A stretch of DNA of 64,000 bases from an archaeon (GTDB lineage Archaea > Nanobdellota > Nanobdellia > Woesearchaeales > GW2011-AR9), in the NCBI GenBank assembly GCA_018670085.1, contig JABHRS010000036.1, positions 682-64,681 of the forward strand. The letters are read 5' to 3'. Positions 37,315 to 46,774 of this stretch are shown here, in pieces. The notes below the pieces were generated by a model. The model searched no databases, was not told the DNA's origin, and saw only the letters and a list, made by a program, of their open reading frames with translations. The stretch's first letter is position 1; each line of letters opens with the position of its first letter. Both the position numbers and the translations under genes were made by a program.

Positions 37315-38133
37315 TTATTTAGCCAGCTCAGCTTCGATTGCTGATGCAAACACACTATAAGGTTGTGCTCCTGTAACTAGTTGTCCGTTTACAAAGAATC
37401 CAGGAGTTCCTGTAATCCCTAAACGTCCACCATCATTATAGTCTGCTGCAACTTCACTTTTATATTTTTGTGAATCTACACAGTCGCTAAATTGATCCAT
37501 ATCAAGTCCAATTTGTTCTGCCCATTCTAAATAAGAGGATGCGCTTAAACTGCCTTGGTTTTCAAAGATCAAATCATGGAATGCCCAAAATTCTCCTTGT
37601 TCATTAGCACATTCTGCTGCAATTGCAGAAGGTTCAGCTTCCGGATGAAAGCTTAAAGGAAAATCACGAAATACCACATTCACTTTTCCAGTGTCTACAT
37701 AATCTTCTTTCAAAGCCAAGTATGTTTGACTATAAAATCTTGAACAAAACGGACATTGAAAGTCACTAAATTCAACTATTGTAACTGGTGCATCAGGGTC
37801 ACCAATCATTGGATCATCAGCGTCGTAATAATCACTTGCTTCATATGCAACCGCTGCTGCGCTTCCACCAGTATCATCTGCTGCTGCAATGGTTCCAGAT
37901 CCGCTTGCTTTAGTAATGTCTAAACTAACATCGTATGACCAAACTAACGTGATCAAAAGTAATGCTGCAAGGCCAAAGCTTAGGTATTGCCAAAATGTTT
38001 TGGTAAGTTCAGCAGATTTTGCTTTGCTGTTTTCATGAGATTTTTTTTCATGATGTTTATGACTTGCATGGACCTTTTTCGGTTCATCATGCACTACAGT
38101 CACTTTTTCTGTATTTGTAGAATTTTCATCCAT
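37315..38133 (-). CDS. Membrane-anchored DsbA-family thioredoxin-fold oxidoreductase with a His-rich cytoplasmic N-terminus
   Basis: VEFSDFQCPFCSRF (CPFC active site) and GTPGFFVNG (cis-Pro loop region). TM segment FWQYLSFGLAALLLITLVWSY; N-terminal HASHKHHEKKSHE. Confidence 0.8.
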   Translation of the reverse strand: MDENSTNTEKVTVVHDEPKKVHASHKHHEKKSHENSKAKSAELTKTFWQYLSFGLAALLLITLVWSYDVSLDITKASGSGTIAAADDTGGSAAAVAYEASDYYDADDPMIGDPDAPVTIVEFSDFQCPFCSRFYSQTYLALKEDYVDTGKVNVVFRDFPLSFHPEAEPSAIAAECANEQGEFWAFHDLIFENQGSLSASSYLEWAEQIGLDMDQFSDCVDSQKYKSEVAADYNDGGRLGITGTPGFFVNGQLVTGAQPYSVFASAIEAELAK

Positions 38134-38235
38134 AGTTAACCACCTGTATATTTGTTAGACTATTCTGAATAAAGTTTCTTTATATGTTTTGTGATCGTAA
38201 AGCGTGTATAAGGGATAAATTTTAACAGATTATGC

Positions 38236-38318
38236 TTCTCTATTATCAATAACAACGGAGCGCATGAGAATAGAGAACTCATGAAAAATTTGAAAGATAG
38301 TTCTCTATTATCAATAAC
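38236..38318 (+). promoter_or_regulatory. Repeated motif in the PCNA upstream region
   Basis: The 18-bp perfect direct repeat TTCTCTATTATCAATAAC occurs at 38236-38253 and 38301-38318. An inverted core AATAGAGAA lies between them, inside the palindrome ATGAGAATAGAGAACTCAT. Confidence 0.5.
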
Positions 38319-38363
38319 CTTATAAACAAAATTTATCATAAAAACTATAACTTAGGTGAAAAC

Positions 38364-39113
38364 ATGAAAGTAGTATTAGCTGATTCCAAATATTTTAAAG
38401 ACAGTATTGCAATTTGTTCAGAACTTGTAAGTGAAGTAACATTCAAAGCAAGTAAAGACGGTTTAGAATTAGTTGCAATGGATCCAGCAAATGTTGCAAT
38501 GGTTCAGTTAAAAATTCTAGCTAGTAGTTTTGTTGAGTATAATGTCAAAGACGATGGAGAGCAATTTTCAATTAGTCTTTCAAGCCTAAAACAAATCTTA
38601 CGAAGAGGAAAAGCTGAAGACGTTTTAACCTTAGAAACTTCTGAAGAAAATCAACTTAAAATTCTATTAAAAAGTAAAACTAGTCGGTCATTTTCAATTG
38701 CGCTTTTAGATCTTGATGAAAGGGATCAAAAGGTTCCAGATTTGCAATTTCCTGTAAAAATTGAAATGCCAGCATCTGAACTTTCCGGTGCTGTTGAAGA
38801 TGTAAGTGTTGTAGCTGAATCAGTTACTTTTTTAGCGGATGCGAATCAATTACTTGTTAAAGCTAAAGGTGATTTATCTCAAGCACTTATTGAGATTAAA
38901 GCAGCAGATGACATTAAGATCGCTGTTGATGGCGAAGACAAACATAAAGCAAAATATTCTTTAGAATATCTAAAAAAGATGATCTCAGGTAGTAAACTTG
39001 CAGACAAAGTATCTTTGCAATTTAATACTGATTATCCACTTAAGATTCAATACACTGTTCTTGATAAGTTATCAATGAGTTTTATTCTAGCACCTCGTGT
39101 TGATAATGATTAG
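38364..39113 (+). CDS. pcn: DNA polymerase sliding clamp PCNA
   Basis: 249 aa. LVAMDPANVAMV, and a two-domain repeat architecture typical of PCNA. Confidence 0.9.
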   Translation: MKVVLADSKYFKDSIAICSELVSEVTFKASKDGLELVAMDPANVAMVQLKILASSFVEYNVKDDGEQFSISLSSLKQILRRGKAEDVLTLETSEENQLKILLKSKTSRSFSIALLDLDERDQKVPDLQFPVKIEMPASELSGAVEDVSVVAESVTFLADANQLLVKAKGDLSQALIEIKAADDIKIAVDGEDKHKAKYSLEYLKKMISGSKLADKVSLQFNTDYPLKIQYTVLDKLSMSFILAPRVDND

Positions 39114-39198
39114 GTTTTTTCAGTTTCAGTCAAAACACGCTGCAATTGATTCAGTGCAAAAGTAACCTTTAAATACCCAATCCAATTCATAGTTTCTG

Positions 39199-39414
39199 AT
39201 GGAATGGTTTGAACCAGTATTATTTTACTTTTTAGTTGTTGATTGTATTGTCTACGCTGTTCTAACTTTCACTCATGGTGAAGCGCACAAAAAGGCAGAG
39301 AAGGCTTTATTCCTTGGAAAGACAATCCCTTTCAGTCCACTAATGTCTATTGGTTATTTTGTTCTAGTATGTTGGTTAGGTTCCACTTTATGGAGACTTG
39401 GTTTATTATTTTAG
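39199..39414 (+). CDS. Small two-TM membrane protein
   Basis: TATA box tttaaata lies about 30 nt upstream. There are two hydrophobic helices. Confidence 0.5.
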   Translation: MEWFEPVLFYFLVVDCIVYAVLTFTHGEAHKKAEKALFLGKTIPFSPLMSIGYFVLVCWLGSTLWRLGLLF

Positions 39415-39433
39415 AAATAAAAATTATTTTTTC

Positions 39434-39706
39434 TTACTTTTTCTTACTTTTCTTCTCTAACTTAGAAATTCTTTTCCTCAAATTTTTAATCTCATTATGA
39501 TTTTCTAAATCAAAAATCCACTCAAGGAGTAGCATTAATACAAAAACTACAATGAATGTGAGAATAAATCCACCAAGTGACAGCCTTTTAATCTGTGAAA
39601 AATCTAAATCAAAGAATATTCCATGAATAATCCCAATAACTGATGCAAACACCGAAAAGAGTAATGTTGCAACTAGTTTTCTTTTTACAGGACTCAATTT
39701 TTTCAT
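39434..39706 (-). CDS. Small two-TM membrane protein with a basic tail
   Basis: Two hydrophobic helices, then KNLRKRISKLEKKSKKK. Confidence 0.5.
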   Translation of the reverse strand: MKKLSPVKRKLVATLLFSVFASVIGIIHGIFFDLDFSQIKRLSLGGFILTFIVVFVLMLLLEWIFDLENHNEIKNLRKRISKLEKKSKKK

Positions 39707-39817
39707 AATAAAACAATTGTTTCAAGATTCTTAAAACTTTTCATTTGTGTAATTCGCAAACAATCATCAAACCGCACCATATAAAAATTATTAAAGCCCA
39801 AACAACAAAAAATACAT

Positions 39818-41701
39818 ATGATCCTCGGGCGCATAATAGGTAAGGCAACAACTAGCAAATTTCAACTAAACGTAACTAGTGCTAAAGCCCGTAAATACCA
39901 ATTCGTACAAGTGCATCACAGCGACTATGGTTTTGTACTCTGTCAGATTTTAGAACTAATTAGAACAACTGATGGTATGACAGCAACTTGCACAATTCTT
40001 GGTTACAAGGCTGATGACAACAGGCTTACAGGAATCAGAACTCCTTTTCAAATAGGTTCAGAAATATTAGAAGCTGAAGATGAATTCATCAAAAAAATTA
40101 TTGAACTAAACTCTGACAGTGCCTATATTGGTAACTTAGAAGGTAAGGATCTCAAAGTACATATCGATCTTCAAAAACTTCTTACAAGGCACTTAGCGGT
40201 TCTTGCAAAGTCAGGGGCTGGAAAAAGTTACACAGTTGGAGTATTACTTGAAGAAATTATTGAACAAGGTGTTCCACTTCTAATTATTGATCCACATGGT
40301 GAATATTCTACAATGAAATATCCAAATGAGGACAAACCAGAAGACCTAATGAGATGGGGTATTGAGGCCAAAGGTTACAGGGCTGTGATTCAAGAATTTG
40401 GAGACCCAGAGATCAATCCAGAGTTCAAACCAATCAAACTAAGTGAAAAAATGTCTAGCTTTGAATTACTAAAAATGCTTCCACTAACTCTAAGTAATAC
40501 TCAAGAGTCGATGCTTTTTTCAGTTGTTAAAGATATTCCTGAGCATGAATTAAATTTTGATAACATTCTTATTGGTTTAGCTGATATCCAAAACGCTAAC
40601 ATCTGGCCAGTTATTGATACCATTAAACATCTTAAGGAATTAAACATATTTTCAGCAGCACCAACTCCTTTGAACGAAATTGTCAAAGCAGGTAAGGCCA
40701 CTATTCTAAACCTTAAGGGTATGGATCCTAGTGTTCAAAAAATGATCACTGCAAAAATTTTAAAGGATCTTTTTCAGGCCAGAAAACGTGGACAAATCCC
40801 TCCATTTTTTTGCGTCATTGAAGAAGCGCATAACTTCGTACCAGAGAAAGGATTTGGTAAAGCACAAAGTTCTGAAGTTATCAGATTAATTAGTAGTGAA
40901 GGGCGTAAATTTGGTTTGGGACTTTGTGTTGTGTCACAAAGGCCAGCTTTGCTACAAAAAACTGTGCTCTCACAATGTTCAACTCAAATAATTCTTAAAG
41001 TTACTAATCCTAATGACTTAAGGTCAATCACAGCTAGTGCGGAAGGCATTGGTTCTGAAACTGCTGATGAAATTCAAAACTTGCCAATTGGGTCAGCGCT
41101 TGTTTGCGGGGTTGTAGATAGGCCACTTGTAGTTCGAGTTAGGCGTAGAAGATCCAAACATGGTGGTGAAGCTGTTAATGTATTAGCTGCATCTGAGTAT
41201 CAAGTAGGTTCAAGTGCAAGTGAATCAGAATCAATCAATCAATCAGAATCAAAGAGTTTGAACCAGGAGATGCAAGCAAGTTTCAAAGCGCAGTTAAATG
41301 ATCATCAAGCAAAACAACTAACTTCAATTATCCCTTCCAAACTTTCCATTAAAGATATCAAACTTATCGCAGATGAAGAAATCAAAAAAATCACAACCTA
41401 TCTAATCCCTTCTTACTTTGTCAAGATAATCCAAAACGATAGAGAGTTCCATATTTTAATCGATGCTATCAAAGGAAAAATTTTGATCGACCCTGATACT
41501 GATACTAAAATCGAAGTTCATCAATTAAATGAGCAAGCTGCCTTCTTCCGTAAACCAGAATATAAACAAGTGCAATTCGATGTCCAAATACCAGAACAAC
41601 TTTCAGAAGTTCAAATCAGAGAACTTCTAAATCAGTATTGTATGGTCCAAGAGATCTTTGCAACCAATGTTGTCTTTCATAAAGTTGAATATAGTCAATA
41701 A
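39818..41701 (+). CDS. HerA-like (DUF87/FtsK-HerA superfamily) ATPase with an extra C-terminal domain of about 170 aa
   Basis: N-terminal HAS-barrel-like region. Walker A is AVLAKSGAGKSYTVG and Walker B is FFCVIEEAHNF. VSQRPALL. Confidence 0.8.
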   Translation: MILGRIIGKATTSKFQLNVTSAKARKYQFVQVHHSDYGFVLCQILELIRTTDGMTATCTILGYKADDNRLTGIRTPFQIGSEILEAEDEFIKKIIELNSDSAYIGNLEGKDLKVHIDLQKLLTRHLAVLAKSGAGKSYTVGVLLEEIIEQGVPLLIIDPHGEYSTMKYPNEDKPEDLMRWGIEAKGYRAVIQEFGDPEINPEFKPIKLSEKMSSFELLKMLPLTLSNTQESMLFSVVKDIPEHELNFDNILIGLADIQNANIWPVIDTIKHLKELNIFSAAPTPLNEIVKAGKATILNLKGMDPSVQKMITAKILKDLFQARKRGQIPPFFCVIEEAHNFVPEKGFGKAQSSEVIRLISSEGRKFGLGLCVVSQRPALLQKTVLSQCSTQIILKVTNPNDLRSITASAEGIGSETADEIQNLPIGSALVCGVVDRPLVVRVRRRRSKHGGEAVNVLAASEYQVGSSASESESINQSESKSLNQEMQASFKAQLNDHQAKQLTSIIPSKLSIKDIKLIADEEIKKITTYLIPSYFVKIIQNDREFHILIDAIKGKILIDPDTDTKIEVHQLNEQAAFFRKPEYKQVQFDVQIPEQLSEVQIRELLNQYCMVQEIFATNVVFHKVEYSQ

Positions 41702-41734
41702 GCTTAAAAAACACACTCACAAAAAGAACCTTCT

Positions 41735-42817
41735 ATGAACAACGAAGAGTATCTAGAATTCATCAAAGTACGCAACAAGAATCGTACAGTTACAGATTCA
41801 GAGCTTCAGGATGCCATATCAAAGGCAAAACTAATCTTTGAAGCCAACCACAAGCCCACAGTTCATTTTGAGCGTTCTATCTTCATCAATTGGACTTGCG
41901 CCATCGCTGATTGTAAATACTGTTACCTTTCAACTAAACCAAAACACAAGGCAGGAACCCAAAGTACTGCTTTAAGATCGCATGAATCAATTTTAGCTGA
42001 AGCACTTATCTGTAAATTGATGGGTTGGAAAATTGGTTACATCACAGGTGGTCTGAGAGTTGAATCTGTGGATCAAATCATCGAACTACTAAAAAAACTA
42101 AATCAAGTAAACCAAAAGAAAAATCTAATGAACTTCGGACCTTACGCTCATTCTGAAATTAAAAAGTTAAAACCGTTCACCGGTGGAATGGGTAGCGCAA
42201 TAGAATCTTTTGACGAAGAACTTCATGATTTTATTTGCCCAAGTAAACCACTAGTCACTCTTAGAAAATTTCTCACACATCTACAAACTGAGGAAATGCA
42301 CAAATTAATCACAATCATTTTGGGGCTTGGAGAAAATAGAGATGACATCAACCTTGTCTCAGAAAATATCACTAAGTACGACATCAACACAGTTCAATTA
42401 TGTTTTTTAAAGCCACAAGCAGACACAGTATTCGAAACTGTCCCAGCTCCAGACATGAACTACATGGCGTATTGGGTAGCACAGCTTAGAATTAAACATC
42501 CAAAACTTAAAATCAAAGTCGCTTTAGTTAAAGAACGAATGGACGATCTCCACTTACTCTTAGAAGCTGGCGCCAACGGATTCTCAAGATTCCTCTGTTT
42601 CAAAGAATTCGCACAAGAGCAAGCCTGCACACTAGAAATAGAATGTGAAAAAGCTAACAGACAACTCGTAGGTAATTTCACATCTCTGCCAAACTTCGAT
42701 ATTGAAGCAGAAGTCGCAAAGCTTCCATTCGATGCCGAGCTAAAAGCCAAAATTCTACCAAAAGCTGAGCAGTATTATCTGAAGTTGAAGAAGTTAGCAA
42801 AGAAGGCAAGTTCATAA
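41735..42817 (+). CDS. Radical SAM-like protein (BioB/HmdB-like) with Cx4Cx2C spacing
   Basis: NWTCAIADCKYCYLS gives the Cys triad at non-canonical spacing. There is a TIM-barrel-like alternation and a GG motif (YITGGLRVE). Confidence 0.6.
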   Translation: MNNEEYLEFIKVRNKNRTVTDSELQDAISKAKLIFEANHKPTVHFERSIFINWTCAIADCKYCYLSTKPKHKAGTQSTALRSHESILAEALICKLMGWKIGYITGGLRVESVDQIIELLKKLNQVNQKKNLMNFGPYAHSEIKKLKPFTGGMGSAIESFDEELHDFICPSKPLVTLRKFLTHLQTEEMHKLITIILGLGENRDDINLVSENITKYDINTVQLCFLKPQADTVFETVPAPDMNYMAYWVAQLRIKHPKLKIKVALVKERMDDLHLLLEAGANGFSRFLCFKEFAQEQACTLEIECEKANRQLVGNFTSLPNFDIEAEVAKLPFDAELKAKILPKAEQYYLKLKKLAKKASS

Positions 42818-42852
42818 CACATTTAAACGAAAAGCCCCTCAAACAGTTTCTG

Positions 42853-44301
42853 ATGGACCAAGCAACAACAGATTCAATAACAAGATCAGCAGAATCAACA
42901 GAATCAATAATTTCTAAAAAACTAAATTTCAACCCGCTCATATTCAGAGACTACGATATTCGTGGAATCCCAGGCAAAGACTTCGATAACAGCTTTGCAA
43001 ATGAATTAGCATTTGCTATCCATCAGTTCTTCCCCGCAGGAAAAATTGTTCTCAGCCGAGATCTTAGGCAATCAGGTATCCCACTTCTAAAAAACATGCA
43101 AGATACTCTAACTAAACTTGGAAGATTAGTAATCAACGCCGGGCACAACCCCACGCCAATTCTCTATTATGCAATCTGTAAAGAAAATGCAGTTGCTGGA
43201 ATTCAGATCACAGCAAGTCATAAAGGTAAGGAGTGGAATGGTTTCAAAGTCAACGCAGCGGGCGCAGCACCAGTTGATGCTGAAACTGGTATCTACAAAA
43301 TCAGAGATTTAATTGCATCAAATGAATCACCAAAACCTTCAAATCAAGGAACAACAGAGCACAAAAACTACACCAACTCTTACATCAAAGAAATCACAGA
43401 GAAGATCACAATCAACCCTAAACACAACAAACCACTCAAAGTTATTATTGATACTGGTAATGGTAGCGTTGGAATTATTTTAGAAAAAATTCTCTTAAGA
43501 CTTGGTGTTCATGCAATCACAATCAACAAGGAATTGGATGACAGTTTTCCAAACCATCAGGCGGATCCATTAAAGGATGAAAACCTAATTCAACTTCAAG
43601 CAGCAGTCATTGATCAGAGTGCAGATTTAGGAATTGCACTTGATGGCGATGGTGATCGTTGCGGAATTGTCGACGAGAAAGGTCAAATTGTGCAACGAGA
43701 TAAAACGCTAATGCTCCTAACAAAAGACGCTTTAGATAAAGGATCTGGTAACATCGTAACAGAAGTCAGAGCGAGTATGGCCTATCTTGATTACATCAAA
43801 GAAAATCAAGGAACTCCAATTATCACAAAAGCTGGGCATAGTTTTGTTTTGCGAAAAGTTATCGAAACTAACGCAGTCTTTGGGGGAGAACTAACTGGGC
43901 ACATGTATTTTCCGAAGGAATTTTACAATTTTGATGATGGGATATTTACTGCAGTCAAACTTACTCAGATTTTATCAAACTTAACAAAAACACTTTCAGA
44001 ACAGCTCAAGACATTACCAGAATACCTAGCATCAAAAGAATACCATATCAAGGCAGACGACTCTACCAAGTTCCAAAAGATTCAAACAATTCAAGAACTT
44101 GCAAAACAAGAAAACAAAGATTTCTTAGGTATCGATGGCGTCAGAATTACTTATCCAGATATCGGCTGGCTTTTAATCAGAGCAAGCAACACCGGGCCAA
44201 CTATCAAGTGCCGCTTTGAAGCAAAGACTGAAGAGAATTTCAACTTTCTGAAGCAAGAACTTCAAAGATTTCTACTCAGTGTGGATTTACAAATAAATTA
44301 A
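42853..44301 (+). CDS. Phosphohexomutase (phosphoglucomutase/phosphomannomutase family)
   Basis: ITASHKGKEWNGFK (catalytic Ser loop), DGDGDR (Mg loop), GGELTGH, RASNTGP. Confidence 0.85.
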   Translation: MDQATTDSITRSAESTESIISKKLNFNPLIFRDYDIRGIPGKDFDNSFANELAFAIHQFFPAGKIVLSRDLRQSGIPLLKNMQDTLTKLGRLVINAGHNPTPILYYAICKENAVAGIQITASHKGKEWNGFKVNAAGAAPVDAETGIYKIRDLIASNESPKPSNQGTTEHKNYTNSYIKEITEKITINPKHNKPLKVIIDTGNGSVGIILEKILLRLGVHAITINKELDDSFPNHQADPLKDENLIQLQAAVIDQSADLGIALDGDGDRCGIVDEKGQIVQRDKTLMLLTKDALDKGSGNIVTEVRASMAYLDYIKENQGTPIITKAGHSFVLRKVIETNAVFGGELTGHMYFPKEFYNFDDGIFTAVKLTQILSNLTKTLSEQLKTLPEYLASKEYHIKADDSTKFQKIQTIQELAKQENKDFLGIDGVRITYPDIGWLLIRASNTGPTIKCRFEAKTEENFNFLKQELQRFLLSVDLQIN

Positions 44302-44332
44302 ACTTCCTTCTACAACACCAATAAGAAAAATA

Positions 44333-44405
44333 AGCCCCTGCCGAGAGTTGAACTCGGGATCTGCGCTTTACGAGAGCGCTGCTATAGCCACTAAGCCACA
44401 GGGGC
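44333..44405 (-). tRNA. tRNA-Thr (CGU)
   Basis: Hand-folded 73-nt cloverleaf. Acceptor GCCCCTG/CAGGGGC, anticodon stem GCGCT/AGCGC, loop CTCGTAA, T arm CCGAG-TTCAACT-CTCGG. Confidence 0.9.
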
Positions 44406-44505
44406 ACATGATTCTTAAAACCAACCTTCTTTCTATTTAATCTTTCTCTGCATATATGGGTATATCGCCAAACTAGTTAAGATTAAATTATTAAAACAAT
44501 AACTC

Positions 44506-44697
44506 ATGTTTCATGTCATCAAGGTTCCTGGATTCGAAAAGAAAATTAAAAAATTACTCAGCAACCTTGAACATCAAGAGTTAAATAAATTCATCCAGAA
44601 TTTAAAAATTGGTAACATTTATGGCAAACCACTTTCTTACAAATTTTTCCGGGAGAAAAAAATAGGAAATAAAAGTGTTATTTCCAAAATACCATGA
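44506..44697 (+). CDS. Short ORF with weak resemblance to truncated RelE/ParE-type toxins
   Basis: FEKKIKKLLSN...GKPLSYKFFREKKIGNK, then a premature end. The similarity is weak. Confidence 0.25.
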   Translation: MFHVIKVPGFEKKIKKLLSNLEHQELNKFIQNLKIGNIYGKPLSYKFFREKKIGNKSVISKIP

Positions 44698-44741
44698 GTT
44701 TGCTAAAGAAATCTACAAAAGAAAAAACAAATAACAATAAC

Positions 44742-44879
44742 CTAACACTCAATAAATTTTCCTTTCTTCAAATCTTCAAGTCCTTGTTTAAACTCTCCTA
44801 CAATTTCCCATTCGACTTTTTTGAGGTGCTGGTATTCCTCATATTCTGCTTTAGAAATTTTAACTGACTTTGAATCCAT
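44742..44879 (-). CDS. Possible 45-aa ORF
   Basis: Hand-translated as MDSKSVKISKAEYEEYQHLKKVEWEIVGEFKQGLEDLKKGKFIEC. It is below the ORF-track cutoff and has no clear signals. Confidence 0.25.
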   Translation of the reverse strand: MDSKSVKISKAEYEEYQHLKKVEWEIVGEFKQGLEDLKKGKFIEC

Positions 44880-44968
44880 ATTTTCTTGAAGAGACTTTCT
44901 TTTTTAATTATTTGGGTATAGAAAAGCCCGAAACACATATAAAAGCCCAAACACAAACCAAAACTAAG

Positions 44969-46762
44969 ATGAAAAAACGTATCGCAGTTATTGACAAGAA
45001 CAAATGTAATCCCCAAGGCTGTGGTAACTACCTTTGCGCAAAGCTTTGCCCAGTGAATCGTGCTGGTGAGGATTGTATTCAAGAAGGCGATGATAGCACA
45101 ACTAAAGCAATTATCGATGAAGTATTATGTACTGGGTGTGGGATCTGTCCAAAAAGATGCCCTTATGGCGCAATCGAAATTATCAATTTGCCAACTTCTC
45201 TTAATCAACCACCAATTCACAGATTTGGAGAGAATAGTTTCGCATTATTCTCATTACCTATCCCTCTTTTCGGAAAAGTCACTGGAATTTTAGGAAAAAA
45301 CGGAATTGGAAAATCAACTGCAATGAAAATTTTGGCAGGTATCACTAAAGCAAATCTTGGAAACTATGATCAAGAAGCAACTGAAAGAGATATGATCAAT
45401 TACTTCAAAGGCAGCCAAATGCAAAAATATCTGGAACAACTTTACAAAGGAAAAATATCTTTATCATACAAACCACAGCAAGTTGAAATTGTACCAAAAA
45501 CTTTCAAAGGAACAATGAACGAACTTCTAAACAAAGTATCCCAAGATCAAATTGAGATAACTAAGGTAACTAAGGCTCTTGACATTAACCATCTACTCCA
45601 AAGAAACTTAGACCAACTCAGTGGTGGGGAATTGCAGCGTGCAGTTATTGCAGCAACCGTCCTAAAAGATGCAACTTTACTATTATTTGATGAGCCATCT
45701 TCATACCTTGATATCAAACAAAGAATTAAAGTTTCTAAATATATTCAATCCTTAGCAACTGATGATAAAGCAGTTATTGCAATTGAGCACGATCTTATAA
45801 TCTTGGATTACATGACAGACAACCTTTCAATAATGTACGGTTATGACTCAGTTTATGGAATCGTCTCTGGTCTTAAGAATACCAGAGAAGGTGTTAACTC
45901 ATTTTTAGAAGGATTTCTAAAAGAAGAAAATGTTAGGTTCAGGTCTCACCCACTTAATTTTCAAGATGCAGTTGAGGAGCAAAGGTTAGATCAAGTTGAA
46001 GTTGTGAACTGGGACAATTTAACAGCTGAGCTTGGTGAATTCAAATTACATGCAAAAGTTGGTTCCCTTCAAACAAATGAAATAATTGGTGTACTTGGAG
46101 AGAATGGAATTGGTAAAACTAGTTTTGTAAAGATTCTAGCAAAACAAATTAAAGAAGGTGACATCAAAATAGCTGGGAAAATTAAAACTAGCGACGAAGT
46201 AACTGTTGCCTACAAACCGCAATATTTAGATTATTCAACTGACGAAACTTTGGTGCAAATATTTTTAGATAAAGCAATTCAAAAATATAGCAATCAATTA
46301 ATCAAACCATTAGATTTGGAAAAATTATTCACTAAAAAAGTCAAAGAACTTTCTGGTGGAGAATTGCAAAGAACAGTAATTGCAAAAACACTCGCAGAAG
46401 ACGCTCAAGTATTCCTTCTAGATGAGCCATCAGCTTATTTGGATGTAGAACAACGTTTAATTGTCAGTAAAGTTATCAAAAGAATTGCAAATGAGCAGGA
46501 GTTCACTGTTTTAGTAGTGGATCACGATTTAATGTTTATTGATAATATTGCAGACAAACTTTTGGTATTCACAGGTAAGCCTGGTATTGAAGGAAATGTT
46601 CAAGGTCCTTTCAAAAAACCAAAAGGTATGAATCTTTTCCTAGAAGAACTTGACATCACTTTAAGGCGCGATCCTACATCAGGACGTCCAAGAATTAACA
46701 ACCACAATAGTGTTAAAGATCGCGAGCAACGTGTTAATAATCAGTGGTATTATGCTAAGTAA
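44969..46762 (+). CDS. ABCE1 (RNase L inhibitor homologue, ribosome recycling factor)
   Basis: Start set at MKKRIAVIDKNKC. Two 4Fe-4S ferredoxin Cys clusters (CNPQGCGNYLCAKLCP, CTGCGICPKRCP). Two ABC cassettes (GKNGIGKST, GENGIGKTS; LSGGELQR twice). Confidence 0.9.
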   Translation: MKKRIAVIDKNKCNPQGCGNYLCAKLCPVNRAGEDCIQEGDDSTTKAIIDEVLCTGCGICPKRCPYGAIEIINLPTSLNQPPIHRFGENSFALFSLPIPLFGKVTGILGKNGIGKSTAMKILAGITKANLGNYDQEATERDMINYFKGSQMQKYLEQLYKGKISLSYKPQQVEIVPKTFKGTMNELLNKVSQDQIEITKVTKALDINHLLQRNLDQLSGGELQRAVIAATVLKDATLLLFDEPSSYLDIKQRIKVSKYIQSLATDDKAVIAIEHDLIILDYMTDNLSIMYGYDSVYGIVSGLKNTREGVNSFLEGFLKEENVRFRSHPLNFQDAVEEQRLDQVEVVNWDNLTAELGEFKLHAKVGSLQTNEIIGVLGENGIGKTSFVKILAKQIKEGDIKIAGKIKTSDEVTVAYKPQYLDYSTDETLVQIFLDKAIQKYSNQLIKPLDLEKLFTKKVKELSGGELQRTVIAKTLAEDAQVFLLDEPSAYLDVEQRLIVSKVIKRIANEQEFTVLVVDHDLMFIDNIADKLLVFTGKPGIEGNVQGPFKKPKGMNLFLEELDITLRRDPTSGRPRINNHNSVKDREQRVNNQWYYAK

Positions 46763-46774
46763 ATAATTCTAGTA

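Noticed and set aside
36723-37355. Full-length 210-aa version of the CPSC membrane protein ORF
   Set aside because: Its first 36 codons overlap the 3' end of the DsbA-like gene and run through the hairpin/T-tract. The Met at 37247 gives a sensible N-terminus.
44506-44879. Possible toxin-antitoxin pair next to tRNA-Thr
   Set aside because: The 63-aa RelE-like ORF and the 45-aa ORF are convergent rather than co-transcribed. The similarity is weak and the toxin-like ORF is truncated. I cannot support a TA call without an HMM search.
44798-45082. 94-aa minus-strand ORF, and the 44870 start of the ABCE1 ORF
   Set aside because: The minus-strand ORF is antisense to the ABCE1 5' end. The conserved ABCE1 N-terminus starts at MKKRIAVIDKNKC (44969). 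The upstream 33 codons have no counterpart in ABCE1 proteins.
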